Assembly (NCBI GenBank): GCA_964541825.1
Contig: CAZIRR010000002.1
Span: 4,727 to 68,726 of the forward strand
Source of the DNA: an uncultured Christensenella sp.
GTDB lineage: Bacteria; Bacillota; Clostridia; Christensenellales; UBA1242
Length of the DNA stretch: 64,000 nt
Direction: 5' to 3'
Translations under genes and position numbers: made by a program
The notes under the pieces: generated by a model
The model's database searches: none
What the model was told of the DNA's origin: nothing
The model's input: only the letters and a program-made list of their open reading frames with translations
Part shown: piece after piece, positions 7,950 to 15,808 of the stretch
How positions within the stretch are numbered: position 1 is the stretch's first letter
Layout of the letters: each line of letters opens with the position of its first letter

Positions 7950-7979
7950 TTGACAGAATATTACTCTATATGATATAAT
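7950..7979 (+). promoter_or_regulatory. near-consensus sigma-A promoter (extended -10) for the micropeptide unit
   Basis: TTGACA (7950-7955), 18-nt spacer ending in TGa, TATAAT (7974-7979). Confidence 0.65.
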
Positions 7980-8028
7980 ACCTGTGTAATGGGATAAAAG
8001 AATTTTTAAATTCAAGGGGGAGTATATT

Positions 8029-8091
8029 ATGGGAGTAATTGTCGCTACAGGTTTAGGTCTAGCAGTTGTCGTTTTGATGTGCTTGAAATAA
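8029..8091 (+). CDS. 20-aa hydrophobic micropeptide MGVIVATGLGLAVVVLMCLK
   Basis: Not in the ORF track (too short). Strong SD AAGGGGGA 7-8 nt upstream, a consensus promoter ~50 nt upstream and a strong hairpin plus T8 downstream. Confidence 0.5.
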   Translation: MGVIVATGLGLAVVVLMCLK

Positions 8092-8113
8092 GTTTATGAT
8101 TTTTTTGTTTGTT

Positions 8114-8178
8114 ATCAACAAATTGTTTTGTTTTAGAAAAAGTTGTCTCAAAGAACAGAACATTTGTTGATTTTTTTT
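8114..8178 (+). terminator. long hairpin plus T8, terminator of the micropeptide unit
   Basis: ATCAACAAAT(T)GTTTTGTT pairs with AACAGAACATTTGTTGAT (~18 bp, one bulge, one G-U), followed by TTTTTTTT. Confidence 0.65.
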
Positions 8179-8272
8179 GTCTTATTTGTTAATATGAATA
8201 AGTAAATACTATTAATAATACTTGTAGATAAAGAATTTTACTGTGATTTTGCATTACTAGTATTAAATTAAA

Positions 8273-9091
8273 ATGGGTACTTTAATCGAGGAAATGATGG
8301 CTAATTATAAGAAGATGATTTTGACAACTATTCTTTGGACGTTTACTGCACTTGTTGGGATTACTGCAATTTTTGTATGTGTAATGTTTTTTGCTTTTCC
8401 AAAGAATGTAGGTGATTTTTTTTATTCGCTTGGCAATAATGGGATAGCGTCTTCTATGTATATGAGAGTGTATGAAAAGGATAATGATATCTCATATTGC
8501 TACAAAGCTCTTAATATAGAAATTGGTAGGAAAAACAACTCTAGAATTATAACTATCTACGAGACATTTGAGAAAGATAAAAATTCATCAGATTTTATGT
8601 CACAATTGAAAAATAGGAATGAAAATTTAAATATTGGATTGCTAGAAAAAAGTTCGCTTCTTAATGAAGAAGATTATCTTAAGAATAGATATGTCAAAGC
8701 TCTCATTTCTTCTGGAGATAGTAGAAAAGCATATAATCTAGCTGTAGATTATTTTTCGGGATACAGAAATTTTACTTTCAAAAATCAAGGGGTGTATGCT
8801 TTGCATCACTTCATAAATTTAGAGGGATATAATGATTTTGATGTAGCCCCATCTGGTTTTGAGGGGAAGTTGATTGATGCTATAAAAGAATATTTTGATT
8901 TGTGCATAAATATTTTCGAGAGCAATAAAAGTACAGAAAACTTGGATAGAGCATATCTAATATCCCTAGGCAATAGAATTTTGCAAGTAGGACAAAATAT
9001 TAATAGTATTTGTAGTGATAATAAAACTTTGGTTGATGAAAATAATGTAAAAATGGAAAATGTTAATAATTACATAAAGGATATTTTATGA
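8273..9091 (+). CDS. hypothetical N-terminally membrane-anchored protein
   Basis: 272-aa ORF with one TM (ILTTILWTFTALVGITAIFVCVMFFAF). Stop overlaps the hflX start (ATGA). Exact start uncertain. Confidence 0.6.
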   Translation: MGTLIEEMMANYKKMILTTILWTFTALVGITAIFVCVMFFAFPKNVGDFFYSLGNNGIASSMYMRVYEKDNDISYCYKALNIEIGRKNNSRIITIYETFEKDKNSSDFMSQLKNRNENLNIGLLEKSSLLNEEDYLKNRYVKALISSGDSRKAYNLAVDYFSGYRNFTFKNQGVYALHHFINLEGYNDFDVAPSGFEGKLIDAIKEYFDLCINIFESNKSTENLDRAYLISLGNRILQVGQNINSICSDNKTLVDENNVKMENVNNYIKDIL

Positions 9092-10728
9092 AAGTTCCAG
9101 AGAAATTGAAAAAAACACTTAAAGCAGAATTGGAGCAATTGGAGAATGTTCAGTTTGACAAAACTCTCTTTATAGACGACAAACTATTGTCTAGCATTTG
9201 TAGAATTAGCGAAAGTTCGGGATATGAAGTGTCTTTGATTATAGATAGAAAGGGGAATGTTGTAGATGTTGTTTGTGGAGACAAAAATTCGGCTACACAT
9301 TCTCTTTCTGTAGAAAAAGCCAAAGGGTTTTGTGGATTGAGACTTATCCATACACACCCAAATGCAACAAGCACACTTAGTCAAATGGATTTGGCTTTTT
9401 TGAAAAATAATAGAATGGATTGCGTTTGTGCGGTTTCAATAAAAAATGGTGAAGGGTATGATGCACAGATTGCATATTTGAATGGCGAAAAAAATGTAAT
9501 AGTTAATTGTCACGATTGTAGATACATCAATAAATACGGTTTGTTAGAAAAAATATTTGAATGCGAAAAAGATTTTATTGAATATCAAAAAACTGTTAAT
9601 GCTATTCCAGAGCAAAGGGCAATTTTAGTTAAAGTTAGCCTAAAACAAAAAGATAATATAGATAGCGACCTTGATGAACTAGAAGGTCTTGCTAATACTG
9701 CGGGAATAGTTGTGGTAGATAGAGTTTCACAATTTAGGCCTAAGCCAGATACAACATTTTTTATTGGCAAAGGGAAAATAGATTTACTCAAAGAAATGAT
9801 TCAATTAAACGAAGCCAATCTTGTAATATTTGACAATGAGCTTAGTGGTAGCAAAATTAGTAATATTTCCAATGCTCTGAATGTAAAAGTAATAGATAGA
9901 AGTATGTTAATACTAGATATATTTGCTAGTCGTGCTAGAAGTAATGAGGGTAAACTCCAAGTTGAACTTGCACAACTTAAATATTCTTTGCCTAGACTTT
10001 CGTCTTTTCTAGAGAGTAGTGGAAGGTTTGGTGGAGGGGTAGGAATGAGAGGCCCAGGGGAAACCAAACTAGAATTGAATAGAAGAATTGTTGAGCAAAA
10101 TATCCAGAAGAAGTCTGAAGAACTCAAAAAATTGAAGCAAATTCGTGCATTAAATAGGGAAAGTCGAATTAAAAATTCCAAGCCTACTATTTCAATAGTT
10201 GGCTATACCAATTCTGGCAAAAGTACACTTCTTAATCTCCTAGCCAAAAGCGATGTATATGTAAAAAATGAACTTTTCGCCACCCTTGATACTACTACTA
10301 GAAATGTTTATCTTGGCGATGGCAAAGAAGTGCTTATGACCGATACTGTAGGGTTTATAAACAATCTTCCACACGAATTTATTGAGGCGTTTGCTAGTAC
10401 TTTGGAGGAGTGTGTGTATTCCAAGTTAATTCTTCACGTGGTAGATATAAGCAATCCTAATTTTATGGACCATATCGCTGTTACAAATAAAGTTTTGGCG
10501 GGGCTTGGTTGCAAAAGTCCTGTAATAATGGTCTTTAATAAATGTGATAGTCTCAAAGTAAGAGATAGCAGAAATGTTCTAATAAATGATGATAATGTCT
10601 ATAAAGACGAATTGATTGATGAAGTTAAGAGAAAATTTAATGGGCAAGAAATAACTTTTGTCTCTGCTAGAGCGGGAGAAGGGATTGATAATCTAAAAAA
10701 TATTATTGCTAAAAAATTTAAATTTTAA
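9088..10728 (+). CDS. hflX: GTPase HflX with ~170-aa N-terminal extension carrying a JAMM/MPN+ motif
   Basis: HflX N-domain and GTPase motifs: GKGKIDLLKEMI, LSGSKISNISNAL, IVGYTNSGKSTLLN (G1), DTVGF (G3), NKCD (G4). The extension contains E47...H88-T-H90-x7-S98-x2-D101. Confidence 0.88.
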   Translation: MKVPEKLKKTLKAELEQLENVQFDKTLFIDDKLLSSICRISESSGYEVSLIIDRKGNVVDVVCGDKNSATHSLSVEKAKGFCGLRLIHTHPNATSTLSQMDLAFLKNNRMDCVCAVSIKNGEGYDAQIAYLNGEKNVIVNCHDCRYINKYGLLEKIFECEKDFIEYQKTVNAIPEQRAILVKVSLKQKDNIDSDLDELEGLANTAGIVVVDRVSQFRPKPDTTFFIGKGKIDLLKEMIQLNEANLVIFDNELSGSKISNISNALNVKVIDRSMLILDIFASRARSNEGKLQVELAQLKYSLPRLSSFLESSGRFGGGVGMRGPGETKLELNRRIVEQNIQKKSEELKKLKQIRALNRESRIKNSKPTISIVGYTNSGKSTLLNLLAKSDVYVKNELFATLDTTTRNVYLGDGKEVLMTDTVGFINNLPHEFIEAFASTLEECVYSKLILHVVDISNPNFMDHIAVTNKVLAGLGCKSPVIMVFNKCDSLKVRDSRNVLINDDNVYKDELIDEVKRKFNGQEITFVSARAGEGIDNLKNIIAKKFKF

Positions 10729-10876
10729 GTAACATTTATCCTCGATGAATAGTATTATGAAGTAGAAAGCAAACAACTAATTGCTTTCTATATAATTATA
10801 AAATGCTAGCACATATAATTAATTTTTGAAAAAATTACATAATTTGTTTTGTAAAATTAATTAGGAGGAAAACAAT

Positions 10877-11077
10877 ATGTTTGGAAATTGTGGCTGTAAT
10901 CACGGAATGGGTAATGTAGGTATGGGCAAAGGTAATAATTCTTGTTGTTTATTGCTTCTTTTATTGCTTTGTGGCTGTAATGGATTTGGTGGTGGAGAAG
11001 ATAATTGCTGTTGGAATATTATCTTGTTGCTTCTAATTCTTAATTGCTGTGGCTGTGGTACCGGGATTGGTTGTTAA
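10877..11077 (+). CDS. 66-aa Cys/Gly/Leu-rich small hydrophobic protein (possibly YjcZ-like tiny sporulation membrane protein, tentative)
   Basis: AGGAGG SD 7 nt upstream and a terminator downstream. Two repeats of a Cys/Gly-rich segment followed by a Leu-rich helix (CCLLLLLLLCGC, NIILLLLILNCCGCG). Confidence 0.55.
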   Translation: MFGNCGCNHGMGNVGMGKGNNSCCLLLLLLLCGCNGFGGGEDNCCWNIILLLLILNCCGCGTGIGC

Positions 11078-11112
11078 TAAGTAAACACTAGTCTGCTACT
11101 CCTTTTGTTTGA

Positions 11113-11152
11113 AAAACCTTGATTTTGATTGATTCAATTTCAAGGTTTTTTT
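11113..11152 (+). terminator. rho-independent terminator
   Basis: AAAACCTTGA / TCAAGGTTTT stem followed by a T-run. Confidence 0.7.
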
Positions 11153-11343
11153 GGTTGTAAAATTGATTGGAAAATTTTAACAAAAAAATTTACATATTTT
11201 GGAAATTGCTTCACATACTAGAAATAACGAAAAAATGAAGTCAAAGAAATTGAAATATTTGTAATATATAGTTGACAAATCTGCAAAAAAATAATAAACT
11301 AAATTCGTTAATATTATAGTTAATAGGGAGAAATTTTACAATT

Positions 11344-14300
11344 ATGAAAGACAAAAAGAAGATTATTGTACCTCTACTACTTGCTGGTGTGACCGCTACA
11401 GGCGTTGTATCCAATATATCTCAAGTACAACAAGTTTCAGTTCAAGCGGAGACAACTGGCGAAATTACAGACGTAGTAGGTGCTGAAATAAAAGTTAGCC
11501 GTTTTCAAGCATTGAATAGTGATAACACAGGTTTGGAATATAGAGACACTTTCAAAGTTGGTGACAAGGTGTATTTGCCAAAGGTTACTTTGGATACTGA
11601 TAGTGACTTGACTTCTAGTGATATCGTATATACTATCAAAAAAGATAAGAAAGAATTCACTCCAGATAGTGATGAAAAAGGCTTTTACTTTGTTGCAAAT
11701 TACCAAGGTTACTACGATGTAACTATTAGTGCAAAGAAAAATAATAAAGTAACTACAACTCTTACAAATTTATCTGTTTTTGTAGAAAGAGATGAAGCGA
11801 CTATCAAACTTCCAACCAATAGTGAATATGTTATTCCTGCCAAAGTTGCAAAAGAACAAGAAGGCTTAAAAATTCCTGCTCCTACTGTTGTTTACGAAAA
11901 AGATGGTAAAGAAGTAGAAGAAAAAGCCAATGAATTGACTACAGGCTCTCTAAGTGTTTACTTGGTTACTCCTACATCGGGAAATGTTTCTCTTGAACTA
12001 GATAGTACTGGCTCTTACTACGAAGTTACTGACAAAACTAAACTTGCAACAGTTGGAACATACCAAATAGTTTATGAATACAAAAAAGGTACAACTGAAG
12101 AAAAAGTTATTTCAAGATTGGAGAGTAATTTCCAAGTAGTGAATAATTACGATTCATCTGCTATTAAACTAAAAATGGTATTCAAAAGCAAACTTTCAGA
12201 AAAAGGCACAGTAAATACCGATGTATCTATTCCAAAAGTTGATGTGGTAGATGAGAATGTATCTAGCAGTGACGCTATCAATGCTTATGTAAAAGTTACC
12301 GTTAAGAATATGAACACTGGTAAAGAATATGCTGTAGATTATGATAACTATACTTTCCACCCAACAGAAGAAGGCTCATATTCTGTGAAGTATCAAGCAT
12401 TTATTGGTTTGTTTGGTGATGATTGTAAGACTATCGAAGTATCTCCAGGGTCTCCAATGGTTATCTCTGATAGCGAAGCACCTAAGGTTATCCCTACCTA
12501 CAAATATACTTTTGATGAAGATGGCGAAATTGATAGTGTAAATGATGTGACAATTTCGGCTACTTCTGAAAAAACTCAAAGAGAAGTTGCTGAAGAAAAA
12601 CTTGTTAATAGAAAAGTAGATATTCCATCTGCCGTAGTAGTTGGAGAGGAATTCACTATTCCTGCAGCATATGCTACAGATAATTTCTACACATACAGCA
12701 ATCAAAATGATGATATCGTTATTACTAGAACATATCGTTCAAGTGGTGGCGCTATTAGTACAGTATCGGCAAGTCCTAATGAAAATGCAACTATTAAATT
12801 TGAGACTGCTGGTACAGCTGAGATTAGATATCAAGCAACAGACAAAAAGGGTAATACTCTTGGCGAAGTTGTTTACGACTTGACAGTATATAGCAGTGCT
12901 GACGAATTGAAAGATGGCGAGACTAGTCTAAAATTAGATGTTGGTACTACATTGATTACAGACAAAGAGAAAACTTTGACTTTTGCTAAACCAACAGCAA
13001 CAGATACTTATGATAAAAATGTCGATGTAAAGACATATTTGGTAAAAGGAACATACTCTGCTAATTCAGCTATTATTACAGAAGATAATCTTCTAACCGA
13101 AACCAATTCTGATGGTAAATATGTAATTGATATTGAAAAATTGATTAGTGAAGATGGTGTTACAGAGTTCACAATTGTTGCTAGAGCATATGTTGATGGG
13201 ACACTTGTAAACACTAGAGATGGTTTAACTTCCACATTAGCTGCTGAAAAATATCAAACAGTTACAATTCAAAAAACTTCCGACGATGACGAAGCTCCAA
13301 CATTCTCTATTGTTGGTGGTAGTTGGAATGAAAAATTGTTTGCTATTAATAATGGTGCAGATGATGGCATAATCGCTGATAGTGAGGGTAAAAAGATTGG
13401 TACTGATGGCTATTTGAAGACAGATAGTGATGACTATATTTCCATATCTTCAGAAAATCCAGATATACACAAAGCACCTTTTGACCAAGGCTCAAATATT
13501 CTAAAAATTCCTACAGTTATATTTACAGATAATAAAGATTCAAATCTAAGTATTTCTGTAGAAATTAGAGATAGAAAAGGTAACGTAGTAGATAAATACA
13601 ATCAAGAATCTGTAAAGAGAACTATTAATGGTAGTGGATATAATTACGAAGTTAGTGGTGCATCATTTAAACTTAGCTCTTATGGAATGTACACTGTTAC
13701 ATTTAAAGCACAAGATTATGCAGGCAATATTGTAATTAAATCTTATGGCATTAGAGTTAATGACAAGACTGCTCCAACAATTACAATTTTGGACGAAGAT
13801 AAATTTAATAAAGAAATCGAAGTTGGCGAATATTTTGAAGTTCCAACAGCCACTCTTATGAAAGAAGGCGAAGACATTAGTAGTACTGCAACTTCTCGTT
13901 GGGAGATATACAACGTTAGTGCTGGTGCGGACTATGTTTTATACAACAAAGGATTTATCCCTAAGTCAGAAGGAACATTCTTAATTAGATATTATGGTGA
14001 TGATGGTCTAGGCAATGAAACATTACTAGAAGATAGTTTGTTTACAATTACAGCCAAAGATACTATTGCTCCTACAATTGATCTAGATTTGACAGTATAT
14101 TTTGATACAAATATCGCTTGGTCTCCTGCTGAGAATACAGAATATATGGATATCAATATTCCAGTAGCCTTTGCTACAGACAAAAATAGAGGACAAGTAG
14201 AAGTTACTTATACAGTAACCGGACCAAATAATGTAAAACCTACTGTCAAAGACCATGAGGAACACGAATATCTAAAAACATTTAGAGCAACAGCAGAAGG

Positions 14301-14847
14301 TAAATATACAGTAGTTTATTCTGCAGTTGACGAAGCTGGCAATGAATCAAAAATTGAAAAGGTGATTTGCGTAGGTGACTGTGTTGCACCAACAATTACT
14401 TGGGTAAACAAAAATCGTGATTTGCCAAAAGAAATCAAATTAAACGAAGAGTACGTTTTTGATATTGGTAATTTCTTGAAATTGGAAGATAATGACGAAA
14501 GAAATACAGAAGATTCATTAATAGAAAATGTTACTGTTACACTTACTTCTCCAGATGGTACAAGTGTTACCAATAAATTTGGCAATGGTAATGGCTATAA
14601 GTGGGAATTCACTCAGACTGGTAATTATACACTTAAGATTTCTGTAAAAGACGAAGTTGGCAATACTACAACTGAGACTTATACAATCAATGTGCCTAGT
14701 GAAGAGGCTGAGACCAATAAAGTTAGTCCAGTTCTAGGAACTGTTCTAGTTGTATTGTCGGTAGTTGTTCTTGGTGGTGTAGTAGTTTACTTTATTGCAT
14801 CAAATAAGAAAAAAACAACTAAGAAATCTTCAAGCAAAAAGAAATAA
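11344..14847 (+). CDS. large cell-surface protein with tandem Ig-like (DUF5011/HYR-like) repeats, signal peptide and C-terminal TM anchor
   Basis: N-terminal signal peptide (KKKIIVPLLLAGVTATGVV). Recurring module starts D-x-x-AP-[TK]-[IF] (DSEAPKV, DDEAPTF, DKTAPTI, DTIAPTI, DCVAPTI). C-terminal helix VLGTVLVVLSVVVLGGVVVYFI plus a Lys-rich tail. No LPXTG. Confidence 0.8.
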   Translation: MKDKKKIIVPLLLAGVTATGVVSNISQVQQVSVQAETTGEITDVVGAEIKVSRFQALNSDNTGLEYRDTFKVGDKVYLPKVTLDTDSDLTSSDIVYTIKKDKKEFTPDSDEKGFYFVANYQGYYDVTISAKKNNKVTTTLTNLSVFVERDEATIKLPTNSEYVIPAKVAKEQEGLKIPAPTVVYEKDGKEVEEKANELTTGSLSVYLVTPTSGNVSLELDSTGSYYEVTDKTKLATVGTYQIVYEYKKGTTEEKVISRLESNFQVVNNYDSSAIKLKMVFKSKLSEKGTVNTDVSIPKVDVVDENVSSSDAINAYVKVTVKNMNTGKEYAVDYDNYTFHPTEEGSYSVKYQAFIGLFGDDCKTIEVSPGSPMVISDSEAPKVIPTYKYTFDEDGEIDSVNDVTISATSEKTQREVAEEKLVNRKVDIPSAVVVGEEFTIPAAYATDNFYTYSNQNDDIVITRTYRSSGGAISTVSASPNENATIKFETAGTAEIRYQATDKKGNTLGEVVYDLTVYSSADELKDGETSLKLDVGTTLITDKEKTLTFAKPTATDTYDKNVDVKTYLVKGTYSANSAIITEDNLLTETNSDGKYVIDIEKLISEDGVTEFTIVARAYVDGTLVNTRDGLTSTLAAEKYQTVTIQKTSDDDEAPTFSIVGGSWNEKLFAINNGADDGIIADSEGKKIGTDGYLKTDSDDYISISSENPDIHKAPFDQGSNILKIPTVIFTDNKDSNLSISVEIRDRKGNVVDKYNQESVKRTINGSGYNYEVSGASFKLSSYGMYTVTFKAQDYAGNIVIKSYGIRVNDKTAPTITILDEDKFNKEIEVGEYFEVPTATLMKEGEDISSTATSRWEIYNVSAGADYVLYNKGFIPKSEGTFLIRYYGDDGLGNETLLEDSLFTITAKDTIAPTIDLDLTVYFDTNIAWSPAENTEYMDINIPVAFATDKNRGQVEVTYTVTGPNNVKPTVKDHEEHEYLKTFRATAEGKYTVVYSAVDEAGNESKIEKVICVGDCVAPTITWVNKNRDLPKEIKLNEEYVFDIGNFLKLEDNDERNTEDSLIENVTVTLTSPDGTSVTNKFGNGNGYKWEFTQTGNYTLKISVKDEVGNTTTETYTINVPSEEAETNKVSPVLGTVLVVLSVVVLGGVVVYFIASNKKKTTKKSSSKKK

Positions 14848-14860
14848 TTGCTAAAATTAA

Positions 14861-14900
14861 ATAGAAATCTAACGAAAATATGTTAGATTTCTATTTTTTT
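14861..14900 (+). terminator. rho-independent terminator
   Basis: 13-bp perfect stem ATAGAAATCTAAC / GTTAGATTTCTAT followed by T6. Confidence 0.8.
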
Positions 14901-14967
14901 GTGATTTTAATTTGATTTTATTTACAAATTATTAGTCTAATTTTGAAAAATGTGATAATATTAAATT

Positions 14968-15321
14968 ATGGATAAAAAGAAATTATCATTGTTGAAATAT
15001 TTATCAAAAAATTGTACAGATACATACAGGGTTTTGGAAACTAATAATGTTTTGAAATCTTTGAAAAAATACAAAGGAGATATCCAAACTTTAAAGAAAG
15101 ACATTGAATATTTTTCAAAAAGAAGATACATTGACTTGAAGTATTTTGATGAGAATAATATTTGTGTAAGTTTGCAAGATAACTTGCATATTTTAGAAGA
15201 AAATCTAAAGGTGGAAGAAAATTTAAACAAAAAATTTGTTTCAATGCTAACTATATTTTCTTGTTTCTCGTGTTTAACAGCATTTTTAGGAGCGTTTTTG
15301 GCATTGATTATTTTTAGGTAG
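14968..15321 (+). CDS. small protein: soluble N-domain plus C-terminal TM anchor
   Basis: 117-aa ORF with C-terminal helix MLTIFSCFSCLTAFLGAFLALIIF. Same architecture as the next gene. Confidence 0.5.
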   Translation: MDKKKLSLLKYLSKNCTDTYRVLETNNVLKSLKKYKGDIQTLKKDIEYFSKRRYIDLKYFDENNICVSLQDNLHILEENLKVEENLNKKFVSMLTIFSCFSCLTAFLGAFLALIIFR

Positions 15322-15326
15322 AAAAT

Positions 15327-15686
15327 ATGTTGTCTAGAAAAGAAAAAATCATTATGCATTATATTCTTGCAGAAAGTAGTGGAAAGACTACTTGTCTTTT
15401 GTCACCTCTAGATTTGCAACATAGTTTAGAGCCTAAATATAATGCCAATAATTTAGAAATTCAGGCTATATTGGAAGGCCTCGCTCAAGAAAATTATATT
15501 ACTCTTGTCAATTCCGATAAAAATGGAGAATTGATTTATTGTATAACCATTCTAGATAAGGGCAAGGCTTTTAATAGAGAACAAAAAAATATCAAAAAGT
15601 CTTCGGCAAATGCCATTATCAAGACGATATTACTGGCAATTCTCTCTTTTGTAGTAGGCTTGATTTTAAAAGCTATATTTATGTAA
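15327..15686 (+). CDS. small protein: winged-helix-like N-domain plus C-terminal TM anchor
   Basis: 119-aa ORF. N-domain pattern (LEGLAQENYITLVNSDKNGELIYCITILDKG) looks wHTH-like. C-terminal helix IIKTILLAILSFVVGLILKAIF. Confidence 0.5.
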   Translation: MLSRKEKIIMHYILAESSGKTTCLLSPLDLQHSLEPKYNANNLEIQAILEGLAQENYITLVNSDKNGELIYCITILDKGKAFNREQKNIKKSSANAIIKTILLAILSFVVGLILKAIFM

Positions 15687-15692
15687 TTGAAT

Positions 15693-15729
15693 AAAAGATA
15701 TAGAACTTATGTTCTATATCTTTTATTTT
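15693..15729 (+). terminator. perfect 14-bp-arm palindrome, terminator of the upstream pair
   Basis: AAAAGATATAGAAC-TTAT-GTTCTATATCTTTT followed by ATTTTG. Confidence 0.6.
15702..15715. promoter_or_regulatory. candidate LexA/DinR SOS (Cheo) box AGAACTTATGTTCT
   Basis: GAAC-N4-GTTC core at the centre of the palindrome, 17 bp upstream of the uvrB -35. uvrBA is a classical SOS operon in Firmicutes. Confidence 0.45.
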
Positions 15730-15731
15730 GC

Positions 15732-15760
15732 TTGTCATAAGCAAAAAATTGTAGTACAAT
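15732..15760 (+). promoter_or_regulatory. sigma-A type promoter of uvrBA
   Basis: TTGTCA, 17-nt spacer, TACAAT. Confidence 0.55.
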
Positions 15761-15808
15761 ATATGTGAATTATTGAAACATTACTATATTATAGGGAAAA
15801 ATATAACT

